Below are positions 13,484 to 27,413 of a stretch of 64,000 nt of DNA, in pieces. Under the pieces are notes generated by a model. The model was not told where the DNA came from, ran no database searches, and worked only from the letters and a program-made list of their open reading frames with translations. Position 1 is the first letter of the stretch. Each line of letters begins with the position of its first letter. The position numbers and the translations under genes were made by a program. This DNA comes from Eledone cirrhosa (Eukaryota), in NCBI GenBank assembly GCA_964016885.1, contig OZ024758.1:7812001-7876000 (forward strand), read 5' to 3'.

Positions 13484-13846
13484 TCATCATCATCGTTTAA
13501 CGTCCATCTTCCACGCTAGCATGGGTTGGACGGGTTTATCCCACTTGTGGCAAGATTGGTCGGGTGACCGTGTCTCGTTCGTATAGAACTGTTATATAGG
13601 TGTCACGACAAAAAAAAACACAGTCCACGCTGTAATGTGGCCGTGTAGGTAACACGGTAAAAAGCTCCCAGTCCACACTGTAAACATGGTTGGTGTTAGG
13701 AAGGGCATCCAGCCATAGAGAACCTGCCAGACAGTCCTATACCAGCGAGACATGGTCATCCGACCATTCTTGCTTCAAGTAGGACAACTCCCATCTAAAC
13801 CCATGCTAGCGTGGAAGATAGATGTTAAACGATGGTGATGATGATG
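13484..13846. mobile_element. Two RTE-tailed SINE-like fragments head-to-head (13484-13590 minus, 13598-13846 plus)
   Basis: Both carry the cccatgctagcgtggaagat..acgttaaacgatgatg tail, in opposite orientation. Confidence 0.7.
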
Positions 13847-15114
13847 TGTGTGATTCAGTAGATTTGTGGTGTACTGAGGAAGTTATCAATATTAACACTC
13901 TCTGCTATAGCAGAGTGTTTATATTAAGATTTTGAGATGAGATGCCCTCAGATGAGATTCTGGTTTGGCTTGGTTAACAAGTCTAATGAGCAGATTGGGA
14001 CTGGATCCTGAGTCACCCATTTGTGAATCATTCATAACTGAGCCTAATCAATGAAAACCTCAATATGAAACCTCATTTTGTTCACCATAATATATATATA
14101 GGACTCAAAAGCCATTTGAGATCTCATGCCAGAAAGGACCAGGCATAAGGTGCAAGAAGTGGTCAAGCTTTGTATGGGTCAGACGACCTTTATATATATA
14201 TATATATACTCACACACATATATACATGCATACATACATAATGTAGACCAAAATATAAGCCATTGTCAGAGTATCAGTCTTGGAGTATGTGTAATTTAAC
14301 TTGTTACTTTAGCTCATTATTTATGTTGTACTTTTCCATTAACCTATAAATCCATTATCCAAATGTAAATTATCACTTGTAAATTAAATTAGTCTCATTA
14401 GTTCTGAATAATTGGCCTCAAAACCACACTTAAATACAGATGTATGTACTCTTCTGCTCAGTCTTACGTTTTAAATTCTTCTTATTTCTTTTCATCATCT
14501 TTCCCAAAAGTCAAAAACTTGTACTACTATAAGCTTTGAGTTTGGGTTTTTTTTTTCATCTGGGAGATTTACACCTACATGTTGTTTATCAATCTTAGAT
14601 TCCTTATAAATAACCTAATTTATACTTACTTATTGATTTTTACAGGAAATACTATTTGGTATATTTCCAACACATTTTTTTCCTTTAGTTTCTCTGATAG
14701 AGTTTTCTTTCCTCAATTTAAGACTGGTTTCTATTTTTATTTTTATATTTTTGTATATTGTTGATGATGTCTGTCTTGCTACACAACCCACAGTAAATTA
14801 AATGAAACAAACTTACAGTCTATGTAACATAAAAGCATGAATAATAGAAAAATAATTTGGTTTTTTTTCATTGCTATTGTATTTCTTGATCAACTGTTTC
14901 AGTTTGTGTTCTTCACATTTCCTATGAATCCTTATATTTCTAAATACAGAGCCTCCAAGATATCTCCAACATGTTGCATGACTACTTGCACTTATGATGT
15001 GTGCATCTTCTTCTGACGTTTGTTATCCATTCGTATTTCAATTGAAATATTCCTACACAAAGAGACCAAGTCCATACCTGGATAAATGAAATGTGTAATC
15101 TAAAATCTAAAATC

Positions 15115-15373
15115 TGTTGCAAGCCTGGAGGCTCATCAGGCCAATGCGTATCCTGGTTTCTGTGGCGTTGAGCGACTGAGAGTACATGGCTTCCACCCCC
15201 TTGGACAAGACGCTAGTCCATCACAATTAAACACTTAGCTATAGCTTGTACTCATTTCCATCTCAGTACATAGGAGCAATGTGTTTTGCTCAAGAACACT
15301 ACACATGACCAGACCAGTCCACAACATTATGATCATAAGTCCAACACCCTGACCACTAGGCCATGTGCCTCTA
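15115..15373 (-). mobile_element. CORE-type SINE, family B (tail type 1)
   Basis: Reverse-complement homolog of 10513-10770. Confidence 0.7.
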
Positions 15374-15954
15374 CAACTCTGCAATAATAATACCTAAAAA
15401 AGACAAAATTAAATGTATTAGTCATGTAGTTCAGAGATATTTAAGTTACATCCATATTAACTTACAACCAATTTGTTGGAATTTAATTTCATCATAACTA
15501 AATCCAGTTGTAACTGTTACCACTGTTTAGAACATTTCGGACAAAATCTATCATGAAATTAAAATAGAAATAAATGGCTTCACTGTAACATTTGACTAAA
15601 TAAAACAGTCTAATAACAAGGTATATAAATCCACTGAATGGAAGAAGACAGTAATCAGCACAAATGAGACACCCATCTTTTTCTAGACTATTTTATTGAA
15701 CAGCGAAGTCTTCTATTTTTGTCTCAATTTTCAAACTTTGCTCGCCACTTTCTAAACATATTTTATTATAACTATGAAAGAGTAATGCTGGAGCTGTGAA
15801 ATCTTACATGTATTATTTTCAACTTTCCTGTATAGTTTCTTTCTAGGGACTATGTAGAAAAATAAACCTCATTTGGTCAGCCTATGAACTTTTCAGCTGA
15901 CCCATGTGTCTTTGTGTGTGTATGTATATATATGTATATATATATATATATATA

Positions 15955-16150
15955 TTTCGTTTCTGAATTTGTTTAGCAAGATTCTCTATCTGAAAACGTG
16001 TGTTAAAACCGATATTGTTATACTTTGGGAGGGTCATATTGCCAATAAGAAACACACGCACCATTTTTTAATTTATAATAAATTGGAGTGAAAGCAACTG
16101 GTGCATGTGTTTCTTATTGGCAACATGACCCTCCCAAAGTATAACAATAT
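15955..16150 (-). mobile_element. (TA)n-embedded fold-back element P3, putative Penelope-like terminus
   Basis: 52-bp inverted arms 16012-16063 / 16099-16150 (50/52 match), unique tail on one side, (TA)n on both flanks. Confidence 0.55.
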
Positions 16151-17828
16151 ATATATATATATAACAGTGTGTTCTGGTTTGCTTGAAGCATTGTTGAATA
16201 GGAAACACAAATCTAAATAATTTTGAAAACCATACAATGCACTAGAAAATTAAAATTGCCAAGATAACAATAGAATCTTACCTTAGCAAATTTAATAATC
16301 CCAAATATTTTCGGGTTTAAAAACCCATTATCAACGGAGTATCCCTATGAGAGACTTAAGGGATTGATTGGAGATGACTTGTTTGTAAAGCAGATTTAAG
16401 TTAAATGTAATGAAAAGATGTTAAAATTTCAAGCATGCACGTTATGAAATTCTGGGGAAAAGTGTGTGATATATGCATCAATGTAAGTGTGCTTAGTGGG
16501 ATGTATGTATGTGTGTGTGTGAATGTAAATGTTTAGTGGGATGTATGTGTGTGTGTGTCTGGATGTAAGTGTTTAGTGGGATGTATGTGTATGCATTTAT
16601 GTAGTGAAAGGCGTGATGCTAACACTCAGATGTTCTTGGTCTTCTGTTACATGTCTACCTTAGATTTTGTGATGCTAACACTCAGCAGACTTTTAAATTC
16701 TAATACTTTCTAACTGAATTTGTTTTTTCTTTCGATTTTCCAATAGATTTTGTAATTGGAACTTGGTTGTTAGTATACATAAATTCAATAAGCATCTGGT
16801 CTTCTCAAAAAGTAAAAGGAAAAGAAAGGAACTGAAGATAAAGATTTAATGAAATTTTTACTTTAAATTTTTTTCCTTAGTTCGTTGCTGATCTTGGCTC
16901 TGCTTTTAACATCTTTTTATATGTTCTGAACATTCACCAACTATTTCTACCTCCCAAAGTCAACAAATTGATTTGAAATTGTTTGTCTTTTAATATTTTT
17001 TTCTGATTTTTATTTATCTATTTTATTATCAGAAATATATGATCTGCGAGTTTATATCATTGTTTAAATTTAAATTGTAGTTCTATGATCACCCCCCCCC
17101 CCCCTACAAAGTGTATTTAAATATATATATTTAGATCATCATCATTTAACAACTTTCTCCTCCTGCTAGTAAGCGATAGACAGGTCTTCATAGACCAAGC
17201 CAATACTCATGTGAGGCTACTGACTTCTCAGATGGGCTGGGAGGCCACATCTTGCATCCATGGCATCTCATGCTTTACTTAGTTTCTTTTATCATAACAC
17301 CAGCACAGGGGAGGGTTGTCATGTCTTTGACACAACTCAAGGGTCCTCCTAACCCTTTCTTTGATAAGCTTTCTTCAGCTGAATGCCCTTCCCATCACAA
17401 ACCACTTTACAGCATGTACAGGGTGTGTTTACAATGTAAATCACCAACACTAGGGAGGTTATCTCACTGTTGACACAACTGAAGGGTCCTCTCAACCCTT
17501 TCTAGCATGGTATCTACAGTGGGGAGCCCTTCTTGTCACCAACCACCTTACAGGCTGTACTAGGCGCTTGTTCATAACACCAACACTACAGTAGGTTGTT
17601 CTGTTATTATCCCAACTGATGAGCCCTCTTTGCTCTGCAGGTGGAAGAGGGAGGAGGAAGATAAGCAATATGTTATGACAGTATGACAAGCGTGGTGGGA
17701 TTTGTTTGGGTGATGAATCGGGTGGTGAGGGTTGACCTTCGATGGCATAGGAGGGGTGGATAGAGGGGGAGATGTAGTGATGGTAAGGTATTAATTTAAA
17801 TTCATTATTGGTTAGAAAGTAGTTAGAA

Positions 17829-18015
17829 GGGCGGTGGATTGGCAGTATCGGTAGAGGGTCGGATGTCATGCTTTGACGCATAGAGTTACGGCCCTTGCCA
17901 TTCTGAGTTCAAATCTCGCCGAGGTTAACTTTGCCTTTCATCCTTACGGGATCGATAAAATAAAGTACCGGTAATGTACTGGGTAATTGTTGGCCTTGTG
18001 CCAATAGTAGAAACA
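17829..18015 (+). mobile_element. tRNA-derived SINE, family A
   Basis: Full-length match to 3851-4037; duplicated flank ttattggttagaaagtag. Confidence 0.85.
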
Positions 18016-18099
18016 ATTATTGGTTAGAAAGTAGAAACAATTATTGGTTAAACAAAGTGAAATGTTTGGATATCAAAAAATCTATATATTAATGATATA

Positions 18100-18557
18100 T
18101 TTCTACTATAGGAACAAGGCCAGCAATTTTGGGGGAGGTGAAAATCGCTTAAATCGACCCCAGTGCATTACTGGTGCTTTATTTTATTGAGCCCATAAGG
18201 ATGAAAGGCAAAGTTAAACTCAGCCGGATTTGAGCTCAGAATGTAAAAGGAAGAAACTATATGCCATGAAGCTTGTTGTCTGACACTCTACCGATTCTGT
18301 CAATCCATCGCCCTGATATATCATAATATAATAAAGGGTGGTTTTTCTGTTAGTATGAGTAGCATTAATATATACTTGAATTGAAAGTATCGATAGAGGC
18401 TCGGACATGCTTTCTAGCATAGTTACGTCCCTTTATGATCTGAGTTCAAATCCCGCCGAGGTTAACTTTGCCTTTCATCCATACGGGGGTCGATAAAATA
18501 AAGTACCAGTAATGTACTGGGTAATTGCTGGCCTTGTGCCAAAAGTAGAAACAATTA
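18100..18557. mobile_element. Two family A SINE copies (18100-18314 minus, 18385-18557 plus)
   Basis: Homology to the family A core. Confidence 0.75.
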
Positions 18558-19116
18558 ATATATACTAGCAGAAAAACCTCCTGAAGGGAGGAGGAGGGGG
18601 GGTTCTGCTAGTATATATTAATGGGAATAAAAATAAGAACTCGGTGGGTCATAAAACCATGTCTCCTCATTGATGCTTTGCTGTAATTACTATGTAATGT
18701 TGCATGTCTTCAAAAGAATTCACTTTTAATGTTAGTATCCCATATGAGCGTGTGTCGAATATTAAGCTTGTTTTAAATGCAGCCACAATCACAAACTGAG
18801 ATTAATGAATCTAATAAGACTAAGAAGCTAATTCTTTCAAACCAATTCAAAAGAATCTATTTGAAGTTTATTTTACAATCTCTAACTTTGATCGTAAATT
18901 AAATTTATTGATAGCTAGAACATAATTTGTTGCTTTATGTGGAAGAGATAAGTAATGTTTTGTTTATTCAGCAAATCATAACAAACCTATGTTTGTGTGG
19001 CTTATGTGAGGTACAGTTTTGTGGGTAGGGGTGATTGTTGTAGGATTATGATGTACAATATGTTTGGGTTCGCGGATAACTTAGGTTGCATTTAGATTTA
19101 TGTTCTAGTTGAGGCG

Positions 19117-19148
<32 letters not shown>

Positions 19149-19373
19149 AATCTTTTCCTGGGTCCTGTATTTTCGTTGCTCTAGTGATGCGGCTGGACTG
19201 CCGATCGCTATATCTGATTTGCTAAGCTGTCTGAACGCAATGTTATTACTCTGGGGTCTTTCCTCATCTGAGTGCTCAAGCTACAGACCGATTATGCATA
19301 TACGCTAGCTTGGCCGTATTCTAAAACTTTGTCAATGCTGTACTAAAATTTATATATATATATATATATATAT

Positions 19374-19500
19374 ACGTTATTCCGGGTTGAATCGGAGGTA
19401 ACTACAGTAAGTAAGGTACTCAATACATTGCAGAGTATAAAAGTTTTAATATAGATGAGATTCTACAGGACTAGAACTGTTTCATTCTTTAGAAATCATC

Positions 19501-19501
<1 letters not shown>
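19374..19501 (-). mobile_element. P2 family copy with 5'-truncated hammerhead motif
   Basis: Minus strand reads (a)TGATGA-t-ttct-aa-agaa-t-GAAA-cag-ttctagtc-ctg-TA-gaat; flanked by (TA)n. Confidence 0.65.
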
Positions 19502-19724
<223 letters not shown>

Positions 19725-21440
19725 AACACATACGTATAGAGAAAAAGAGAAAACACTGATTTATGCCATGAACAAAAACATATTAGGGCAATTAACATAT
19801 TTCTTTTTTTTTTTTGTATTTGTGTTCCATGAATTCCAAGTATATATTTTAGTATATTTTTCGTAGACTGAGGTGTCATTTGTGTGACAAATGGACCAAC
19901 AATGCTGTACAATTGTAATATAGATTAACTCACAATGTTAATTGAATGCTGAATGGATTTACATTTTCTTAAAGTGCATTGAGAAAATAAAGTTGATAAA
20001 AAAAAATTAAAATATGAGACCCAGTAGGACTTGAACCCCTCATGTCATCGATGTTGTATTGTTATTACTCTGTTATTACAATTATATTAATAATGTATTT
20101 GGTATTCAATGCTAACCAATTTACTTGTCAAGTCAACTACAAATAGATTTCTTTAAAATGTTCTGAATAGAATGAATTAAGTGCCACTTGTCAGCATTTT
20201 TACTTAATATCAAGTATAATAGATTTCCAAATTATTTTCACAATTGAGGCAGTAGATGCCATAGATGTTCAAATGTTTATTGAATGAAGTATTTTTTCTA
20301 TATTTAGTTTTGTTTTATTACCTCCTAAGTTTGAATCCTACAAGTGTGAATTTTGTCTTATCTCTTAATTTGATAACATAAGTACAATACACTGGAGTAG
20401 ATTCAACTATTCCACACTGTAAACGTGGTTGGTATCAGGAAGAGCATCCTGTTGTAAAAACCCCAGCCAAAATACAGTTCTATTTGAGCAAGGTAAGGTG
20501 CTGCCAACTTGCCAAACTTGTCTTATAACATGGACAACTCATCTGCAAGCATGGAAAAATAAGACATTAAATGGTAATCGTGATGATGATGATTCAAGTT
20601 CTTTGAAATTTTGGGATTTTTTTTAACCCTTTTGATACCAATCTGCCTGAACAGGCTTCTGTTGCTATGATAAAATACTGTTTTAAAGTGTAAATATTTA
20701 CCATAAATCTTTCCATCTGAACCCACCACTGTTGTGTCAATAAAAAGCTGTTTTAAAGTGTTTTACCTAAAAACCTTCCATCATATTAATTATAGTTTCT
20801 ACATTTAGCTTAGATTGACTTTATATTAATAGTATATTACTGGTACTTATTTAAACACCTTAATCTAGGATTGAAAACTGTCAATAATGTTCTGGTATTG
20901 CTTCAGTAGCTTGCATTCTAAAGAAAAGTAGCCTTGATATTTTGTTCAAATATCTACTCATTAAGTGATTGGAAGATATAAATCTTTCATAAAAGTCAGC
21001 AATTTTTCAGAAGACTTGATTTATCTGCCCCTAAAAAAAAACAGAATCTTTGAATTACAAGATGAATTGTAAAACTATTGCAAAGTTATCATCTGACATT
21101 GAATGTTGTTGTCTTCAACTATAACTTCTCTCTAATAAATCAGCTATCTTTTGGTTAGTTCTGAGAAATGTTTTAGTCTCATTCAAGTTCAAAGATATAT
21201 TTGTTTGGTTACTGCTCGGAATCAGCTCATGCATAAGCTAATTCTAGAAATGACAAGAGCTAATATTTCAAATGGGTCATTTTTTACATTGATATTATAA
21301 TTGTTGGTTGTTTTATAATTTTCTTTTGTGATATCACAAGATAAATAGACCACCTAAACAAATGTTAATATATATATCACATGTGAAGATGTAAGCACTG
21401 ATATATAATCATTAGATTTATTTTATTATTGTTGTTGTTA

Positions 21441-21628
21441 CGGTGGATTGGCAGTATCGGTAGAGGGTCGGACACCATGCTTTGACGCATAGAGTTACGG
21501 CCCTTGCCGTTCTGAAGTCAAATCCCGCCGAGGTTAACTTTGCCTTTCATCCTTACGGAGTCGATAAAATAAAGAACCAGTAATGAACTGGGTAATTGCT
21601 GGCCTTGTGCCAAAAAGTAGAAATAATT
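21441..21628 (+). mobile_element. tRNA-derived SINE, family A
   Basis: Near full-length match to the family. Confidence 0.8.
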
Positions 21629-22156
21629 AAGATTATTATTATTATGCAGAAATATTTTCATAATTATGATTTTCATTTGATTTTTGAAAAGAAAAAAAGT
21701 TTCAATAAGTGAGCTGAGGTTGCATTTATTTCAGATTGGCCTTTGTAAGTGGATATCTTTACACTAAAGGATAAAAAAAAAAGAATAATCTTTAAAAATC
21801 TTTTAGTATAAATATACTGATGCTTTTTGAATTGAGCAGTAATCTTTTAATCCTTTATCTTAAAATTTGTTTAAATCATTATAAAATTAAGTACATACAT
21901 CAGCATAGAATGAAGAATGAGATATCAGTAAGAACTATAAAATCTTTAGGTTGATCTCTTGAGGACATATTATGGGATTTGGAGCAACTTAATTGATTAT
22001 AATTTCCATATATAGAGGTTATATAGTAGAAACTTCATTTTGTTATTACAACATAGTATGTCTGTTTATTGCTTTCAATGGGCAGCAACAGCGGAAAATA
22101 TGCAATGGCTGGAGAGAAATGAAGCAAACATGCTTCGATGGAAAATTTGATGTTCG

Positions 22157-22386
22157 GTGTATATATATACCTACATATATGTATATGTATATATATATAT
22201 ATACATACATATATATATACAGTGCGTATATATATTTACAGTGTGTATATATATGTGTATATATGTATGTGTATATATATGTGTATATATGTATGTGTAT
22301 ATATATATATATATATGCATGTATATGTATGTATATATATATATACATACATATATATACACACACATGCATATATATATACACAC
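22157..22386. repeat. Compound (TA)n/(TG)n microsatellite
   Basis: Direct inspection. Confidence 0.9.
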
Positions 22387-22574
22387 TGTAATGTGGTTGG
22401 TGTTAGGAAGGGCATCCAGCCATAGAAAACCTGCCAGATAGTCCTATACGGGCGAGACACGGTCACCCGACCAATCTTGCCTCAAATGGGACAATTCCCG
22501 TCTAACCCATGCCAACGTGGAAGATAGACGTTAAATGATGATGATGATGATATATATACCTATACATACATACA

Positions 22575-22731
22575 AAAAACATGGGCGGAGGTGGTGAGAG
22601 CAGACCTCAGATCGCTGAAGCTCACAGAGGAGATGACGAAGGACTGTGACAAGTGGAGAGATGCTGTGCTGAATAGGATCTGTCCAACCCTTGCAAGCAG
22701 GGAAAAGCGGACGTAAAATGATGATGATGAT
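22575..22731 (+). mobile_element. RTE LINE 3' end
   Basis: Translates KTWAEVVRADLRSLKLTEEMTKDCDKWRDAVL, then cccttgcaagcagggaaaagcggacgtaaa(atg)n. Confidence 0.8.
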
Positions 22732-25700
22732 ACATATATATATATACACACACATACATGTTAAAATAACTGTAGATTTTTGCTTCATTTCAAGAATATC
22801 ATCACCATTTTCCATGTCTTGTAGTTAGTATGAAAATTTATTATTTGGATTTTGCATCTTAACTCTTAACATATTGAATGACAGAATCGCTCCCCATCAG
22901 AAAGATTATCTGAACTGCACAAAATAGCAGTAATGTTTATTCATTTTTTATGTTGTTCATTTTTACATGAAAAACAAACCAAAACAATCCACGTGTTAGT
23001 GAGATTTATCGAATTTTACCGTCTTCCTTGTTTTCTGGACCTTTCTCCTAATATTTTTCTTTAAAAAATGGTGAATGTTCTATTGAAGGTGATAATTTAA
23101 TCAATGGATTAATAGCTAAAAATATTTTGCTTTCAGAGTTTTTTTGTGATGTATTGCATGGCTGTCTCTTACTAATTGCATTTAATTTATTATTAACATT
23201 TTTTTTAGTATACTTGTTTATTTTTTTACGTTACTGTGTAATTTAGTTAACAACCACACATATGAAAATATTTGTTTACACACATGACTACATCACATTA
23301 AAAAAAAAGCCAAACAAAGGCATTATTGCAATACTGTTAATTTCCACAACAATCTGTCCTTTAGTAAAGATATTATAAATATTTGAATAAACAAATGTTT
23401 TTTAGACTTTTTTCTGCTTAATCATTACAGGATATTAAGAGTTAATATTGATGAAAATATTAATATTATTAACAGTTCAACTAATGCAAATATGCATGCA
23501 TGGTCCCATAATTCCTGATGTAGTGTAGAGGCACCGTATTGACACACAGCATTTCTATGACAGTCCATCCCTCTCCAGGTCTGAATACAGCAGATTTCCA
23601 CAGAAAGATAGAGAGGGAGAGAATGAAGTGAGAAAGAGATATAGAGGAAGAATAGACCACGGTACTAGACTGGTACTTTTCTTTTATCGACCTCGAATGG
23701 ACGAATAGCAAAGTTGATCTCGGAATGCTAATATATAGATTTGAAATATTCTTTACTCGTGATTCAATCAACTTTTACATATAAATAAATAATATTTGAG
23801 TGATTAAGACTTGCGATTCACAGTTATCATCATCATCATCACAGTTTAACGTCTCTTTTTTTCCACACTTGCAAGAGTTCCATCAATCATCCACATTATG
23901 AGACAAGTCTGGCCAGTTAGCCATGCCATACCTTACACAAATGGAACTGTATTTTAACTGGGTTTTTTCAGCTGGATGTCCCTCCCAACCCAGTCATGAA
24001 CTGGGTGGCTCCATTATGAGGAGGGTCTCACCAGTTGGCCGCACCTTACCCTGCTCATAACGGAATCCCTATATGTATTTATAATTCAAAGAATTTAAAT
24101 TGTTTCTTTGCATATCTACTATCTCCATTGCCTTGAGTTTTGTTTTGACTAGGAAATGCTTTATAAAATCAAAATACAACATTATGAATTGTAGTGGTGA
24201 CAGTAGCTGAAACAGAACAATCAACAACTGCCTTTTGTGATTTTGAGATATGTGTATTTGATATAAAGTTTGGGTCTTGTCCTTCAGGTCAGCTTTTGTT
24301 TAACTTTGTTATTTGGATAGTTTTTTTGGGAAGCCTTCATATTGCTGTCTTCCTTTACCTGCTGGGTTTTTTAATGTTCAGGCATCTCTCTTCCAAAGAG
24401 ACATTGAATAGACAAGGTCCTTCAGTGCATTGAACAGAAAATAAATCTGAACATAGTACAGTTGTAAAACCAGCATGATAATCATTTTGTCCATCAATTC
24501 CTTTTTTGACATGCAAGCATTTGGTTTCAGATAAGCTTTATTTCCAGACGTTATTTACGATGAAAGAATCCCTCCTCCAGACTTTATTAATGGTTCATAC
24601 TATCACATTTAGTTTCTCTATGTTATTCACATTTGAAACCTTTACATTAAATATCCCTATAGTTATCACCTATGGGATGTCAGCTGAGGTCATTAATATC
24701 AAGATTTTCTCTTATTACAGACAAAAATTTCTGGGGTTTTTTCCCTCTGGAATATTTAATTAATGAATTCTATCTAGAAAACATTTTTTTTTTCTTTATT
24801 CATTTATTATATAAATAATTTGGATTTGTTTCTGGCAGCTCTCCTTTTATATAATATTGTTATGTACATAGATTTCAGAGAACTTAGTTAAACTGAACAG
24901 GTGCAGGATTTAAATCAGTATGTTACTGGTAATTTCATCCATGAAGTAAAGTGAGCTGTTCTAGGATTCTCAGTATAGAACCACTAACCGTCTTATCTAT
25001 TTTTTTTTTATTCATATTTCTTTCTAAATAAAGATCATTGGTATAAGTTTACATTGGAAATGATTTAATATTTTCTAAAAGGTTTTTACTAAAGAAGCTT
25101 GTTTCATAAATGTTTCTGCTGCAAATGTAGGGCTAACAGATATATCTGTGATGATAAAAAGCCTTTCGGCTAAAAGGTTTCTAAGCTTCAGCTTATATCA
25201 AATTCCATAAAGTGAACATTGTGATCTTCTATGCATTTATTTGCAATGAATTTATCAGTGTTTATCAAAAGAAGACTGATAATCTTATATTCTGACACAA
25301 TACTACTTATTTAAGTTATGAAATGTTCATCTTTCCTGTAAATCAGAAAGGGGTATGATTCATTATCCCATTTCTTTTCCGGTATATAAACCAGTTGAGA
25401 CAAGATTCATCTTTTCCTTCTTATTTTCAATCTCAAACTAAGATTAAAAATAACTACTTTCAAGTTAAAGATACTGTTTTCACTTTATGATTTTCTGATA
25501 AAGTTTCAAATATACAGAAAAAGATAAACTAATATGTGATGCTGCCATATGTTGAATTAGCTTTGAGGCATGACCCTTGCTTAATTAGTTACCCATGGAA
25601 TCACTTAATTCTATAGATAAAGACGTTGCTGGAAAATTTAGCTTTGCAAGGTACCTCTTTGTTGGGTTCCATCCACCAGGGATTGAATTTAACCCATTCT

Positions 25701-26583
25701 TTCTATTTATTTCTCCATTCCTTTATATTTATTCTAATTTAGCTTAAAGCAGTTTGAGAAACTGCAGGAGTGTGCTTCCTTTCTGCCATTTGTACATTAT
25801 ATATGCATGACATCTTTAATCTGCTTGTACTGTATTGACTGCTCTGACAGCTTGCTTTCACAAATGCTATCTTTTTTTTATTTTCTTAACTCATTTTCAT
25901 TTTAAACTTTAAATTGGCAGAATTTAAATCAAAACAGTTGAATAGAAAAATAAAACAAAGCTAGTGAAAAATTTGAGTGAAAATAAATTGTCCTATTTTC
26001 TCTCTCTCCTTCATGAATCAATTTATGTAATAAATCAAAATTATGCTGCTTTTCTTTTTTTTTTCTTTTCTTTTCTTTTCTTTCTTTCTTTCTTTCAAAG
26101 TTTTCTGTTTATCATTCTTAAATTTCATTACTGAAATTTTTTCAATTATTTATATATGTTGATCAGATTACTAGTCAAAGAATTTTTCCCCAAAGTTTTG
26201 TTTTTTAAATTTATCTCAGGAATTTTAACTTGAGTTATTTTGTGAGAGCCTTTATATGTTCTTTTAAAATAGCCTGCTTCTTATCAATTACTTAAGTCTA
26301 TTAAACAGAAGATATCAATTTACTGGAAGTTTCTTTTTTATTTTCATTAAGATGATTGTGTTTGTCATTTTCTGTCTTTTTATTTTGTTGTATCTGAAAA
26401 CAAAGGTTATCTTTATTATTTATCATCATAATTTATCATGCCCTCCACAAGTCGTCAATATGGCTTCATAATTATCAAATATTCTTTTAACTGGTTTCAA
26501 TCATTTGAATGTGAATGTACTGGGGGCATCAACTTTTTTTATCAGCCATATCAACCCCTACATTTATTTCAACCCAGCACTTA

Positions 26584-26833
26584 CCATACATATTCAAATA
26601 TAAGCTGAGGAATGTATGACCAAAATATTGGTAAAATTAGGGGATGGGGTCAGTTGGCTTATATATGCCATCTAAATAATGTGTTGATTAGCTTCCTTGG
26701 CTTATAAATAGGGCTTGGATTTTGGCCCATTTCTCACATAAATAGAGGGGTCAGCTTATAAATGGGGCTTGGATTTTTCCCCATTTCTCAGACGTGAAAT
26801 AGAGGGTTGGCTTGTATCTGAGTATATATATGG
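26584..26833. mobile_element. Tc2/pogo-like non-autonomous DNA transposon
   Basis: TA-CCATACATATTCAAATATAAGC ... GCTTGTATCTGAGTATATATATGG-TA; relatives near 41005-41210 and at 42232-42439. Confidence 0.6.
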
Positions 26834-26951
26834 TAATATATTGATTTTTATTTTATGAAATCAGTAAATTACTGTTTTGATAATAGAGAGACAATGTAAT
26901 AGACATAGACTCACATATGAACATGAATAACTACAATAGCAATATATATAT

Positions 26952-27288
26952 GGAGGCACATGGCTTAGTGGTTAGAGCATTGGCCTTGCAATCGAAAGGT
27001 TGTGAGTTCAATTCTTAGACCGGGTGATGTGTTGTTTCCTTGAGCAAGACACTTTATTTCACATTGCTCCAGTTTACTCAGCTGTAGAAATGAGATGATA
27101 AGGACTGGGTTCCCTATCATTCCACTGCAAAGTGGTCGTGTAGGCGCCACGGCAAAAAAGCACCCAGCACTCACTGTAAATGAGGTTGGTGTTAGGAAGG
27201 GCATCCAGCTGTAGAAATCAAGCCAGAATCAGTTCCCATCCCACCCTTGCAAGCAGGGAAAAAGCAGACGTAAAATGATGATGATGAT
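26952..27288 (+). mobile_element. Full-length CORE-type SINE, family B, with RTE-derived tail (tail type 2)
   Basis: A box tggcttagtgg, B box gagttcaattc, CORE-like domain, single copy of the 48-bp unit, RTE 3' tail with (ATG)n. Confidence 0.85.
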
Positions 27289-27413
27289 ATATATATGTAT
27301 GTATATATATATATATATATGTACACAAACATATATGTAACGTTCAAAGAGATAGAAGGCTAAAATGGACTGTAAGAAGAGGTAACGAAAAGTAAAAGTT
27401 ACCTGGTAATCTT

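Noticed and set aside
13895-13920. Short near-palindrome aacactctctgctatagcagagtgtt
   Set aside because: Isolated, single copy, no associated element structure.
24194-24763. ORFs 24194-24433 and 24506-24763
   Set aside because: No recognisable domain. A faint GPxLFN-like string on the minus strand hints at an old LINE relic but is too weak to call.
26952-27025. tRNA gene
   Set aside because: A and B boxes are present but continue into CORE and LINE-tail sequence. It is a SINE head, as are the other tRNA-like segments.
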